From Felis catus (Eukaryota): a stretch of DNA of 64,000 nucleotides. The DNA lies in NCBI RefSeq assembly GCF_018350175.1, contig NC_058368.1:212972001-213036000 (forward strand). Direction: 5' to 3'. The first letter of the stretch is position 1, and every line of letters starts with the position of its first letter. Below, piece by piece: positions 1 to 15,606 of this stretch. Below the pieces are notes generated by a model. The model was given only the letters and a program-made list of their open reading frames with translations. It ran no database searches and was not told where the DNA came from. The position numbers were made by a program, and so were the translations under genes.

Positions 1-559
1 TCGAGCTCAGCATAAACAAGCCATTTGCGATAAGCACACTTATGATTCCCTATAACTGCTCAGCTTTGAGCAGTCAAGATGCAGTATTTAAGAAAATGTG
101 CCATTACTCTATACTGTCTCCTTCAGAGAGAGCCCTAATCACATATGGAGAAAATGTTTTGTATCTGTGATCTTCATGGCCTTCTTAAACACCCTCCATC
201 ACAGGAACACTGGGAACTTCCCCAGATCCATTTTAAGAAATTATATTCTTTCAATCATATGTGTTGGTGGATCTCAAACTTCTACAAAGGAGAAGCTTAA
301 TGGGCAGTAATCTGGAAGGAAGAGGGGCTGGGAGCAGTAGCTTTTAAAAGGTTTTACCTCAATTTACAGTAATAGTTGTTTTACTTTCACACTATAACCC
401 ATTACAAACACATGTGTAACATGCATAAATACATACACACATACAATTATATTTCCAAAATAAAAGTTTTATGAAATAATACACATGCAATGTGTAATAC
501 ACTTTGGCATGTTCTATTATGTTGATATATTCTAGTCTATTCTATTAAAAATTATGCCC

Positions 560-776
560 GGGGCTCCTGGGTGGCGCAGTCGGTTAAGCGTCCGACTTCA
601 GCCAGGTCACGATCTCGCGGTCCGTGAGTTCGAGCCCCGCGTCAGGCTCTGGGCTGATGGCTCGGAGCCTGGAGCCTGTTTCCGATTCTGTGTCTCCCTC
701 TCTCTCTGCCCCTCCCCCGTTCATGCTCTGTCTCTCTCTGTCTCAAAAATAAATAAACGTTAAAAAAATTAAAAAA
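560..776 (+). mobile_element. Young felid Can-SINE (NPR3 intron 2)
   Basis: A/B boxes, (CT)n, A-tail, CpGs intact; TSD aaaaattatgccc. Confidence 0.95.
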
Positions 777-1070
777 AAAAATTATGCCCAAATCTCACTA
801 ACATTCTTCCAGTAGTCAATCATGGTGGCAACCTGCAGTTGGAAACACACTGAGGAGGGGTCTTTAGGGCCTGGATTTACAACCATCTGGAGGACTGGAG
901 AGAGCTATGCTCACTCCCAAACAAGTCTGTTGCCATCACCAGTATGAGGTACCTGCTTGCTGAGTTCTCAGAGAAGAAAAGCGTGAGAACTTACAAGAAG
1001 TCCCCAGAGTGTTCAATATCACAGATTTCTAAAACCCTTTTTATGGAACCAGATCTATTGAGGTAATTCA

Positions 1071-1355
<285 letters not shown>

Positions 1356-1369
1356 CTAATATAGCCCTT

Positions 1370-2222
<853 letters not shown>

Positions 2223-3388
2223 AAATACCTCAAATGTTCCATCAGATTTACCCAATATAAGCCAGTCAAGTGTGTCAACTGCTTTTAATACTTAACAGCA
2301 TGGAAAATACATTTTCCTGAAGAAGCAAACTGAATGGTTTGAGGGAGAACAGTCATTTGGCAAATCAGGATTCAGTGAGGGGTATAAGCTTTCTGCTGTC
2401 TGAATTTTGAAACATTTTTCTCAAGCTGTCTCAACGTATATAGGAAATAGTTAACAGAATTCCAGGCCCCACCTCATGTTCTCTCAGCTTATACCCACAC
2501 TTGTCAAACTTGAGAAGCTTTAAACAGCTCCAGAACATTGTTGCCCGCCACATAAGAGCTACATCAGCCAACAGTGAAGTGGGTACCTGGCCGTTATCTA
2601 GTTAATTTGATCATTGTTGATGGCCCTGGTCCATCAAAACACAGACCACTGTGTTTTGCTGCATACATGGAAACAGAAGCCCTGGAGAGGTCTGGGGGGG
2701 CTATAGCCATATTATCACCATGAGTGCAGCCCTCCGCGATGTACACGTTCTTTGAAAAAGCATGGGTGCTGAAAGACGTAAAACAAACCTACGTGAAGGT
2801 TTACGCACTTGATATTCTGTTTACTGTGCATGTTAATTCAAAGTGTTCAATCATGACTCTGACATTTCTTACCACAAAAGGGCTCTGTGTGCAGGGTAAA
2901 AGCTCTGAAAAACAAGTTTTAACAATACAAAACTCCTAAAGGTCTATAACTGTGGGGATAGGTGTTATCTGTGCCTGGAAATATTGTTATATATTTGGAA
3001 TGAATAGTCAAATTCCAAGGTGCCTTAGCAAGGAAGCTTTCAAAGAAACTCTTCATCGCTTATTATGACCTAGACCCTTGTTTTAGCTCTGATTCAATTC
3101 TCGACCCTGGAATGACAAAAGAGCCATAGAGTCCTACAGAGCAGCCAATAAGGACAAGGCTGAGGCTGGACAAGTTTGAAAAGCACAGATTCCAAGAGTG
3201 GGCATCTGCAGAAGGCCCTGGGAGGCTCTGGCTGACTGTCCACAGCCCTTATCAGCTTTTGATCAACTGATCATAGTCTGGAGCTTGGCTCTAAACCCCT
3301 GGATATAGAACCTGATTCTGTCAGCACATAAAAAATAGAGTCATTGCTTAGAGGCAGAATCCCAATAACCTAACTCAGATGTTTTGGG

Positions 3389-3616
3389 TTTTTTTTTTTT
3401 AATGGTTATTCATTTTTGAGAGAGAGAGAGAGAGAGAGAGACAGAGCGTTGAGCAGGGGCAGGAGCAGGGAGAGAGGGGGACACAGAATCTGAAGCAGGC
3501 TTCAGGCTCCGGGCTGTCAGCACAGAGCCCGATGCAGGGCTTGAACCCACGAGCCATGAGATCATGACCTGAGCCGAAGTCAGACGCTTAACTGACTGAG
3601 CCACCCAGGCACCCCC
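3389..3616 (-). mobile_element. Can-SINE
   Basis: Reverse-complement SINE; TSD cctaactcagatgt. Confidence 0.93.
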
Positions 3617-4091
3617 TAACTCAGATGTGTTTAGGTACCCTGAGACGCAGATTACTTGATTTCAATGATAACCAGAGTGGTCACGAACACATTTGTGTCA
3701 GCATATACCTGGGCATGCCAACTGATAAGCCAAATTGTAAGGTAGTAGAATGTTAGTGAGGATGAAATCAGACTCAGGGACGTCAGTTGGAGGATTCAGG
3801 CACCCAAAGGCACCAGGCCATACAAGTGCTATACCTGGCCCAGGACCGAGCAGGCTGTGTCCTTAGGCCAGAGCACAAGCTTCCCCAAGTCCTGGACAGG
3901 CTATGCCCAACACCTGCCCCTCTATCACTTCTTTGTCTATTTTTACAGTCCTGCCCCATCTCCTCCCTATTCCTATCACCACCAAGACCAAACCTTCTGA
4001 CAGACATATTCTTTCTTTAAAATGTCAGTACCTGCTTGGGCTGGGCAAGAGTGACCCACAGCAGCAGTGTGTCTATGTAAGCAGACTTTGA

Positions 4092-4299
4092 TTTTTTTTT
4101 TTAAGGTTTATTTATTTTTGAGAGAGAGAGAGAGAGCGCACAAGCGGGGGAGGGGCAGAAAGAGACAGAGACAGAGGATCCCAAGAAGGCTCTGCACTGA
4201 CAGCAATGAGCCCGATGTGGGGCTTGAACCCACAGACGGTGAGATCATGACCTGAGCCAAAGTCAGATGCTCAACCGACTGAGCCACCTAAGTGCCCCG
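4092..4299 (-). mobile_element. Can-SINE
   Basis: Reverse-complement SINE body with T-tail. Confidence 0.9.
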
Positions 4300-5528
4300 A
4301 TTTTGATTATTTTATACCTCATCCACTTTGTGTTGACCATGTAGTTAAACTCTCAAAAAGGAAATCTTAATTTCCAAGTCCATGGACAGGATATTGTTTT
4401 TTTCTTGCATAAAACAAACCCATAATGTACATTATCATCCAGTTTAAGTTGGAACAAGTACTCACAGACACCAGCAGAGCAGAGAGAATGCAGAATCCTT
4501 CTCGATCTGTAGGCTGTTCCCTAATCTCTTACGGCTATTTCATTCACGCCTAACTCCACAGCAACTATTTTTAACAACTTGCCTTTATACAATCTGTCGG
4601 AAGGTTTAAAATAGTTTTCACTAAAATAGCTTTCTCTTCCTACTTATGTTTCATCAGTTTATATAATAACTAATTAAATTACATACTTACGATAATAAGT
4701 ACAAGTGTTATAAACACATTTGGCAACAACTCTTGGAAAGGACACGGACAAGCGTGAGAAGAGTGTGGGCATACTCAGGAGAAGTATACAACTACCAGCA
4801 TTCACCAACAGTCAATAAAGTGTACAGAGAAAAAGAAACCTTCAGCTAATCCTACAGGCTGCTTAAATGAAGGTCAATTAAGACAATTTGTGTTGTATTT
4901 AAGTATAGTTAAATATATAAATACTAAGTTTTTTGGTCAAATTGTTAAATTTCTAAAAGAGGGGATGATAGTGTGATCCTAAGTTTCTGGGTGTTCTTCA
5001 TTCTGCTCTATTTTTCTCTTTGCCAAAGAACTTGTGATGTTCCATGGCATCCTCCACCATCTGATTCCCAGTGTCTTCTGTAAGTGACTTCTCACGATCA
5101 CAATATGTTCTTGCAATCACTCTAAGAAGGGCAGAGAGAGAAGTGCAGAGGAGTGACTACAGAGGTCAATTCAGAGAACCAGAAACAGAGCAGGTAGCAT
5201 AACTGAGTTAGGAGGCTATCTTTTCCCCCGGCTCAAGTTTCCATCTGGAGCAACCTCTGAGAGAGTGACACTCCTCCACTCTCAATGGACCTCCATTTAT
5301 CCCTCTCCCCCCACCCACCCCAGAGGAAAAGGACTAAATTGTTGGATTGGTGAGTCTAAAACCAAAAATGGCATGCTGGACCCAGCCTTTTCTTCCTTCC
5401 TTTTTTGGGACATGTCTGCTTGTGGAGGGCACATATTAGGGGGGAAATAATAGCAAATAGGCCCTCTTGGCAACAAAACTAAATCCATATTTTCTAATAC
5501 ATTTTATCAGCAGTAAAAACATATTTTC

Positions 5529-5730
5529 AGAGCACCTGGGTGGCTCATTCGGTTAAGCATCTGAATCTTGGTTTCGGCTCAGGTCATGATCTCATGGATC
5601 ATGAGTTTGAGCCCCGCATTGGGCTCTGTGCTGCCAGCGCAGAGCCTGCTTGGGACTCTATCTTTCTCCCTCTCTCTATGCTCTTCCCCTGCTCACTCGC
5701 TCTCAAAATTAATAAACTTTTTTTAAAAAA
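5529..5730 (+). mobile_element. Can-SINE
   Basis: cctgggtggctc...ggtcatgatctc...A-tail. Confidence 0.9.
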
Positions 5731-5890
5731 AGGAAAAGAGATGTTATGTCATGAAAGTGAAGCAAGATATGCCATGTGCTGAAAACCAAAAATATGATAG
5801 CAGAAATTAGAAACCAAAACTTAATAGAAATCTGGGGCATAGTCAGAGGAATATCTAAATAAGAGGAATTTCTTTTTAAAAGACAGGTGG

Positions 5891-6805
5891 TACTGTCAGA
5901 ATGGCTAAAATTAAATCAGGAAACAACAGAGACTGGCAAAGTGTGGAAAAAGGGGAACCCTTTTGCACTGTTGGTGGGAATGCAAACTTGTGCAGTCACT
6001 CTGGAAGTTCCTCAAAAAATTAAAAACAGAACTACCCTACGACCCAGCAATTGCACTACTAGGAATTTATTCAAAGGATACAAAAATGCTAATTCGAGGG
6101 ACACCTGGGTAGCTCAGTCAGTTAAGTGTCCAACTTTGGCTCAGGTCATGATCTCACAGCTTGTGGGTTCAAGCTCCACAGGTTGGAGCCTGCTTCAGAT
6201 TCTGAGCCTCCATCTCCCTCTGCCCCTCCCCACTCGCACACTGTCCCCCCCCTAAAAATAAACATTAAAAAAAATTTTAATGCTGATTCCAAGAGGCACA
6301 TACACCCCAATGTTTACAGCAGCACTATCAACAATAGCCAAATTATGGAAAAAGCCCAAATGTCAAAGACTAATGAATGGATTAACAATATGTGGAATAC
6401 TACTCGGTGATGAAAAAGAATGAAATCTTGCCATTTGCAACAACGTGGATGGAACTAGAGTGTATTATACTAAGCGAAATTAGTCAGAGAAAGACAGATA
6501 TCATATGATTTCACTTACATGTGGAATTCGAGAAACTCAACAGATGAACACAGGGGAAGGGAAGGAAAAATATGATAAAAACAGAGAGGGAGGCAAACCA
6601 TAGAAGACCCTTAAATACAGAGAACAAACTGAGGACTGCTGGAGGGGAGGTGGGTGGGGAGATGGATTAAATGGGCAATGGGTGATGGGCGTTAGAGGGC
6701 ACTCTTTGGGATGAGCACTGGGTGTCATATTTAAGAAATGAATCACTGGGTTCTACCCCTGAAGCCAAGACTACCCTTTATGTTAACTAACTTCAATTTA
6801 AATAA

Positions 6806-6841
<36 letters not shown>
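5891..6841 (+). mobile_element. 5'-truncated LINE-1 3' end with nested SINE and (TAAA)n tail
   Basis: ORF2 end and 3' UTR; TSD taaaagacaggtgg at 5877-5890 and 6842-6855. Confidence 0.9.
6098..6278 (+). mobile_element. Can-SINE nested in L1
   Basis: SINE body; TSD aatgct(a/g)attc. Confidence 0.88.
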
Positions 6842-6844
<3 letters not shown>

Positions 6845-6934
6845 AAGACAGGTGGCAAATAGGAGAAAAAGAGTAAGAAAAGTAACGTTTTGATCCAGGA
6901 AGCCTAGATTGAACATCAAAATAATACAATTCTA

Positions 6935-7165
6935 GGGAGCGCCTGGGTGGCTCAGTTGGCTAAGTGTCCGACTTCGGCTCAGGTCATGATCTCATGGTTC
7001 ATGAGATGGAGCCCCGTATCGGGCTCTGTGCTGACAGCTCGGAGCCTGGAGCCTGCTTTGGATTCTGTGCCTCCCTCTCTCTCTGCCCCTCCCCTGCTTG
7101 TGCTCTGTCTCTCTCTCTCTCTCTCACTCTCTCAAAAATAAATAAACATTAACAGTTTTTTTAAA
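6935..7165 (+). mobile_element. Can-SINE
   Basis: Full SINE body, (CT)n and A-tail. Confidence 0.92.
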
Positions 7166-7169
7166 TAAA

Positions 7170-8023
7170 ATAATTTTTAAAAATGTTAAAATATTGGGAG
7201 CAAAAGGAAAATTCTAAAATTTTTCAGGAAAAAAAATAACAGATAACAAACAACAGGTCAAGAATCCAAATCAATTCAGCTTCCTAGTAGCAGCAGCGGA
7301 ATTTAGAAGACAATCCTTCAAATCTTGAGGGAAAACGATTTCCAACCTAGAATTCCATAATAACGTATAAGGGAAGAATGAAGACATTTTCAGTCATGAA
7401 AGGTACCAAGCTTTAGCTCTCATCCACCCTTTCTGAGAAACTCCTGGAGGATGTGCTCACCAAAACAAGAGCATAAGCCAAGAAAGACGAACACATAGAG
7501 ATCTAGACAGAGAGAGATAGGGAGGCAATGGGAGATACAGGGGGGTGTTGGGGAAAGAATCCAGATTGACAGCTGCGCAAACTGCTTAGATAATAACCAA
7601 ACCGGAAAATTTCAGGGGGCTTAAAATAGAGTTGATAGATGATTTAGTTATAAGCTCGTAGGACACTAAGCAAACAATCAAAAACAGACTTTTTTTAGCC
7701 CAAGGAAAACTAGAGCAATAAAGGAAATATCATTGTAATAGCCTATATGGGCCAACTACAAATAGCATTTAGAAGGCAATAATGATATAGACACTGAATG
7801 CAAGCTAACCAAAAATATTCACACAGCCATTGAAAGAATGGCTGCAAGGAAAACCTTGAGTGTGTGGTGAACACGCAGCAGAAGAGAACCAAACTAACAT
7901 CTTCCACTGGGATGGCAAGAGAGAAAAACAAAAACTGAAATAATCAAAGTAACCTGTTTTCTGGAGGTCTGAAGCCAAATACCAACAGAAATAGCTGCAA
8001 GGGTTGAAAATACTTTCCTCTGG
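7170..8023 (+). mobile_element. Ancient L1M/HAL1-like element, interrupted by the younger L1 and resuming at ~10054-10370
   Basis: Degenerate ORF1-like text (ttccaacctagaattc); the sequence reads continuously across the TSD into an old-L1-type 3' end (gactttttaaacta). Confidence 0.55.
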
Positions 8024-9747
8024 ATAAAACACCTCGGAATAAATCTAACCAAAGAGGTGAAAAATCTATACACTGAAAACTATAGAAAGCTTATGAAAGA
8101 AGTTGAAGAAGACACAACAAAATGATAAAATATCCCATGCTCCTGGATAAGAAGAATAAATATTGTTAAAATGTCAATACTAACCAAAGCAATCTACATC
8201 AATGCAATCCCTATCAAAATAACACCAGCATGTTCACAGAGCTAGAAGAAACAATCCTAAAATGTGTATGGAACCAGGAAAGACCCCGAATAGCCAAAGC
8301 GATTTTGCAAAAGAAAACCAAAGCAGGAGGCATCACAATCCCAGACTTCAAGCTGTATTACAAAGCTATAATCATCAAAACAGTATGGTACTGGCACAAA
8401 AACAGACACTCAGATCAATGGAACAGAATAGAGAACCCAGAAATGGACCCACAAACATATGGCCAACTAATCTCTGATAAAGCAGGAAAGAATATGCAAT
8501 GGAATAAAGATGGTCTCTTCAGCAAGTGGTGCTGGGAAAACTGGACAGAGACATGCAAAAGAATGAACCTGGACCACTTTCTTACATCATACACAAAAAC
8601 AAACTCAAAATGGATGAAAGACCTAAATGTAAGACAGGAAGCCATCAAAATCCTCGAGGAGAAAGCAGGCAAAAACCTCTTTGACCTCGGCCGCACCAAC
8701 TTCTTACTCAACACGTCTCCAGAAGCAAGGGAAACAAAAGCAAAAATGAACCAAAATGAAAACCTTCTGCACAACGAAGGAAACAATCAGCAAAACTAAA
8801 AGGCAACCAACAGAATGGGAGAAGATATTTGCAAACGACATATTAGATAAAGGGTTAGTATCCAAAATCTATAAAGCACTTCTCAAATTCAACACCCAAA
8901 AACCAAGTAATCCAGTGAAGAAATGGGCGAAAGACATGGATACTCCTCCAAAGGGGACATCCAGATGGCCAAGAGACACATGAAAAAATGCTCAACATCA
9001 CTCAGCATCAGGGAAATACAAATCAAAACCACAGTGAGATACCACCTCACACCTGTCAGAATGGCTAACATTAACAACTCGGGCAACAACAGATGTTGGC
9101 GAGGATGCGGAAAAGAGGATCTCTTTCACACTGGCTGGTGCAGCCACTCTGGAAAACAGTAGGGAGGTTCCTCAAAAAATTAAAAATAGAACAACCCCAT
9201 GACTCAGCATTTGCACTACTAGGTATTTATCCACGGGATACAGGTGTGCTGTTTCAAAGGGACACATGCACCCCAAAGTTTATTGTAGCACTATCTACAA
9301 TATCCAAAGTATGGAAAGAGCCCAAATGTCCATCAATGGATGAATGGATAAAGAAGATGTGGTACATATATACAATGGAGTATTACTCGGCAATCAAAAA
9401 GAATGAAATCTTGCCATTTGCAACTACATGGATGGAACTAGAGGGTATTATGCTAAGAGAAATTAGTCAGACAAAGACATAGGACTTCATTCATATGAGA
9501 ACTTTAAGATACAAAACAGATGAACATAAGGGAAGGGAAGCAAAAATAATATAAAAACAGGGAGGGGGACAAAACATAAGAGACTTAAATATGAAGAACA
9601 AAGGGTTACTGGAGGGGTTGTGGGAGGGGATGGGCTAAATGAGTAAGGGGCATTAAGGAATCTACTCCTGAAATCATTGTTGCACTATATGCTAACTAAC
9701 TTGGATATAAATTTTAAAAAATAAATTAAATTAAAAATAAATAAATA

Positions 9748-9748
<1 letters not shown>
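8024..9748 (+). mobile_element. 5'-truncated carnivore LINE-1 (ORF2 C-terminal half, 3' UTR, A-tail)
   Basis: Frameshifted ORF2 peptides ([16 protein letters not shown]...[52 protein letters not shown]) followed by 3' UTR and A-rich tail. Confidence 0.95.

Positions 9749-9749
<1 letters not shown>

Positions 9750-9789
<40 letters not shown>
9750..9789. repeat. (GT)n microsatellite
   Basis: Directly visible. Confidence 0.97.
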
Positions 9790-9792
<3 letters not shown>

Positions 9793-10119
9793 CTGAGGAA
9801 GGTTACATAAATAAATTCACAGGTAACATCTGTAAAAAATATGAAATTAAAAATTCACTAGTATGGGAAGTTATGGCTAATATTTCTTTTGAAATTAGCA
9901 TCATGGAAGGCAACCACTTGTTTCTTTTCTCAGGGAAAGAATTTGGGGATAGAAAAAGCTGCTGATTTGATCAAATACTGTTTTTGCTTCAACCAATATA
10001 CTTGCCAGCAACAAAAAAAAAAGGAAAAGAAAAAAAAAAAAGCTTTCCTCTGGGAAGTGAGAAATGGGAAATACAAGATAGGAAATTCTTGTTCCTAATA
10101 AGGCTTGTGTAATCTTACA

Positions 10120-10309
10120 TTTTTTTAAGTTTATTTATTTATTTTGAGAGAGAGAGAGAGAGAAGTGCAGAGAGAGGGAAGGAGAGAGAATCCCAAGCAG
10201 GCTCTGCACTGTCAGCATGGAGCCGGATGCAAGGCTCAAGCTCACAAACTGTGAGATCATGACCTGAGCCAAAGTCAGACGCTTAACCCACTGAGCCACC
10301 CAAACGTCC
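10120..10309 (-). mobile_element. Can-SINE
   Basis: Reverse-complement SINE. Confidence 0.9.
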
Positions 10310-11187
10310 AATCTTCTGACTTTTTAAACTACGTAACTGTGTAACTAACTCCCATAAGATTAATATTTTTTAAAAATACTTCTTTCTGGCTGTTCCTACG
10401 CTATACAACAACGGGTTTCATTTCCAAAACAGAGATTGCACTTTTATTTTTGTTGTTCACAAAGTTCCATGTACTCCAAAGGCTTTCAGAATTTCAACAC
10501 TACAACTTACAATGCTTCTTTCTTCCCCTGCTGTGTGTTAGTTATTTTACACTTAACATGCATTCTTTGCTCAAAAATTCTGCTGACCCACCACTTGGTC
10601 ATTTACCCCAGGCTAATTCTAAAAATAAATGGCTCTTGTACTGATTAAATACTGTTATCTCTACAGTTGTTATGCAGCCCCAGAGTAATGACATATTAAT
10701 AACTAAAAGGATAAAACTATAGTTCTTCACACAAAAATGTGTGTGTGTAAGACTTCTCGTTCTGCATCTCATAACATGTATAGACAAAACAACTGCTAGC
10801 CTCTATTGCTTGAAAAAATCTTTATTTTTAAACTAGCCTTTTTGAAACTAAATCTATTGCTGAGTATAGAATACTGAGGGCAGTAGTAGGCGTTAGAATT
10901 GAATCAGTTTTAAATAAAGATCATTATTTTTTATGAATATATACTCAGGTGTGTGTATTTTGGTGATGATATATGTTGGTTAAAGATAAAAGAGGGGGGA
11001 AATTTTTAACTATTGATTTCAATGCTAAGTCCCTAAAAGGAATGATTAATGTCCCTTCATTTTACAGTACAGCACATGACCAAATGAAATTTTAGTCATA
11101 TTATTATTTGAGATGGTGGCATTATCAGTTTTTACCCATTAATAAATTCAGACATCTGTGATATGATCTTAAAGATGACTTAAGATC

Positions 11188-11395
11188 AGGGGCGCCTGGG
11201 TGGCTCAGTCGGTTAAACCTGACTTCAACTCAGGTCATGACCTCATGGTCCATGAGTTCAAGCCCTGCATCTGGCTTTGTACTGACAGCTCAGAGCCTGG
11301 AGCCTGCTTCAGATTCTGTGTCTCCGTCTCTCTCTGCCCCTCTCACGCTCATGTTCTCTCTCGAAAGTAAATAAGCATTAAAAAAAATAATAAAG
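11188..11395 (+). mobile_element. Can-SINE
   Basis: ggggcgcctgggtggctcagtcggtt...; flanked by ttaagatca copies. Confidence 0.92.
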
Positions 11396-11754
11396 ATTAA
11401 TTTAAGATCAAAAAAACTGCCAAAAATGTTACCTCCAAAAGAGGGGAGAAATGGGAGACTCTCTAGTTCTCTGAGGTTTAACATGGAGTTTTCAAGGACA
11501 AAAATGTGGTCCGTCATATGTTTCATACCTGAATGAGCACAAATCCAAACCCAGGATCAGTGTGAAGAGGCCTGATTCTCATCCAACCTCACCATTTCGG
11601 GGAGGAAATTCCACCTCAGAGAAAGTCAGTGCCATGCCTGGCCACACAGCAGCTGAGTGGAGATGCCAAAGCCAGAGCACCTGCTTCTCCTTCCAGGGTT
11701 CTTTCCCCACAGCAGGGCCTCACCCCTGCAAGGGCGATTATCATCACATACATA

Positions 11755-11975
11755 AAATAGTAATAACTGTAATAAAACCTCGCATTTACTGAGCATTCAG
11801 TGTGTGTCTGGCACTGCTTCAGCACATCCCGTGTGTTAGCTCATTTAGCCCTCTCAGCATGCCCAAGATGGGGTGCCCCAACCACCCCTACTTGACCTGA
11901 GGAGCCTGAGGTACCGAGGTTTAGCAGCAGCCCACCTGTTTTGCCAGTGAATGCCTGAGCCAGAGCAGGTGCTCT
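11755..11975 (-). mobile_element. MIR remnant
   Basis: catttactgagca...ggcactg...ctcattta...tgaggtacc core motifs. Confidence 0.55.
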
Positions 11976-12049
11976 GGGAGAAGTAAGAGTGATTAGTACT
12001 TTAACCACTTATGGAGAAGTAAGAGTGATTAGTAAAATGTCCCCAGAAA

Positions 12050-12485
12050 GGGGCACCCAGGTAGCTCAGTCAGTTGAGCAGTCCAGCCCATGATTTTGGC
12101 TCAAGCCATGAACTCTCAGTCTGTGGGTCAAGCCCTGAGTTGGGCTCTGTACTGATGGCTCGAAGCCTGCTTGGGAATTCTCCTCCTCACCTCTCTGCCC
12201 CTCCCCCACTTGCTCTCTCTCTGTCTCAAAATAAATAAATAACCATTCTGGGGGCACCTGGGTGGCTCAGTCAGTTAAGCTTCCAACTTGTGCTCAGGTC
12301 ATGACCTCAGGGCTTGTGAGTTCAAGCCCCCCACCATGCTCTGTGCTGACAGCTCAGAGCCTGGAGCCTGCTTCAGGTTCTGTGTCTCCCCCTCTCTCTG
12401 CCCCTGCCCTGCTCACACTCTGTCTCTCTCTCAAAAATAAACATTTTTTTAATTAAATAAACAAAATTTTTTTTTTAATTTTTTA
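12050..12485 (+). mobile_element. Two head-to-tail Can-SINEs (12050-12249, 12250-12485)
   Basis: The second SINE starts directly after the A-tail of the first. Confidence 0.9.
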
Positions 12486-14682
12486 AAAAGGTGCCCAAAG
12501 AGAGCTTTGTTATCAAGCAACTTTCTCTCCTGAGGGTACAGAAATGGGGGGGTGGGAGTGAAGGCTTAGGAGAGAAACTTTGGTTGTATATTTCTGAATA
12601 TTTATATTTCCACCAGGTCACTGCTGGAAATGTATTTCAGAGTAAGCATGGTGGCCTTATCACCTGTAAAGCATACAGTTCAGCCCAGCAAACTTCCACT
12701 ACTAAATTCAAACGTGGAACAAAAACATAGAAGCAGCAGCAAAAAGACCTGGGAACAGCTCTGAGGCTCCGGGATTTAAAATAATCGGCAGCACCAGACT
12801 GTAGCCCAAGGCCTCTGAGCCCCCAGGCCTACCAGGGCACTGGTTCCTCTCTACCCCTCGCCTCAGCCACACCATTGTGAGGCTGAGGGGCCTGTCCTTC
12901 TCTGGGCTGACCGCTCCGCTAGGCCAGGAATCGCAGGCCATGTGTACATGGCTCACCACCACCAGCATTTAGACCTTCAGGGCTTTGGCAGCATAGACGC
13001 CTAGGCGGATCGCGGCCCGCGCCCTCAGGGTAACACGCCCCCGATTCCCAGCCCTTCCTGGCCTCGAAAGCCAGGCCCTGGAAACGCCTGGCCCTCGAAA
13101 GTCAAGAGCTGAAAAACCAGGTTCCGAAGAACAGAGGAACCCGAGGTCTGCAGGGGTCTGCGGTAACCTGGGGACAGGGAGAGGGGAAAGAAGTAAACGT
13201 GGGTTTCTCCGCCGGGCGTGGCAAGTCCGCAGCGGTTGGACATAAGTGCCCTTTTTCATAATCAGCGAAACCGGCGCCCCGCCTGCTTGTCTGGCAGGGA
13301 TTCGGCGCAGACAGACTGGAGTTCAACGCTCAAAACTTGGCGGTGCATCCCCACTGTCAACACCTCCCATCTCCTCCCTCTAAAGAGAGCGTTCACTCCG
13401 GAGTCGAGTCCGAGTGGCCAACCTGGGAAAAAGGGATTGCCACAGCGCCATCCTCCGTGGAGCCTCTGCCCACTCTCACCTGTTCCTCAGGCCCCCAGCT
13501 TCCGGTTGCGCTGTGTCCCACGGCCAGCGTCCAGGCGCCTGGCCTTGCCAAATCGTGGGCTAGCCCTGTGTTTGGCTCAGCCCTTCTCACCTTTAGCTTC
13601 CCCGCGTGGGGTCGTGGGGTCGTGGGGTTGTGGGGTCGTGGGCAGCTTTGCCCGGACTGCACCACTGACAATCCAGGCGCGTGCGCGCCGAGGGGGAGCA
13701 GAGGTGGGATTCCCTGAGCACCGTGCACCCCAAACCTGACACCCGGAAGGAGGGAACCGCACTTTACTGGGACCTCAGCCCACCTTCACGCAGCCTACGC
13801 TGCTGTAAAAGGGGCCTTATTGGGGGCATCTGCAATTAGGTATCCGCGACCACCCGTTTCTCCACCCGCTCGCTGTAGCCATAGCCGCCATCCTCAACCT
13901 TGAGCTTTGTTCAGTTAGGTGGCTGTTCAAACCTCCACAGACCCAGGGAGAAAACTTGGGGGGGTACACTTGGAAGAGCAGCACAGCGCCCGCTTCTCCA
14001 GCGCTCTCTCGCGCAAAGCCTCAGTCAGGACGCTTTAGAGACCGCGGTTTCGAACGCACCGGGGGTGGGGGTGTTAAGTGAACCTGAGTCCAGACACAAC
14101 GAGGCATTCTTGGTGGAAACCGCAGGAGCTCGTTTATAAGGGGCACAGAAGAAATGAGAAGGGCGAAACAATGACCCTTTAAAAGGAAGCTGGGATTTGT
14201 GGAAGGAGCAGCCAGGAAAACCGGACAACCAAGCTAGCCAAATAGCGGCGAGCCAGCAGTGAGTCCGCATACGCTTCCGCACTAGTGGGGGGCGACAAGT
14301 CGGTAAACGACTGGGCAACAAGTTCTTTCGGCCTTGAGACGTTTTCAGACCATGTTTGGAGCAGGGCATCGGAGTGCGCCCCCAATCACTAGACTGGCGC
14401 TGGTGAAGGGGGAGGGAGGAAGAAAAGCCCAAGCGGTTCGACAGCACCTGTCGGACCTGGTCAAGCGGGAGCTGCAGGCTCAGACGCCCCTCCCCCAGGC
14501 CCTCTACATTCACCCCGAGACCTGGAAGGGCGATAGTCAAAGGCTGTCGCAGCCAAACAGCGCACGCCCCGGCGAATCCCCGTGTGCGCGATCTCCCCCT
14601 GTCCTCTGTGCAGCAGTGGGTAGTGGACTCCGCAGAGGAGCGGACGGGTACGTAGGGAGAGCCGCCGAGAGCGGTAGGGTTA

Positions 14683-15606
<924 letters not shown>

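Noticed and set aside
8230..9482. L1 ORF2 ORFs as an active element
   Set aside because: 5'-truncated, frameshifted, with small internal deletions
11977..12034. Repeat-spacer-repeat resembling a CRISPR unit
   Set aside because: Only two copies, 14-nt spacer, mammalian intron, no cas genes
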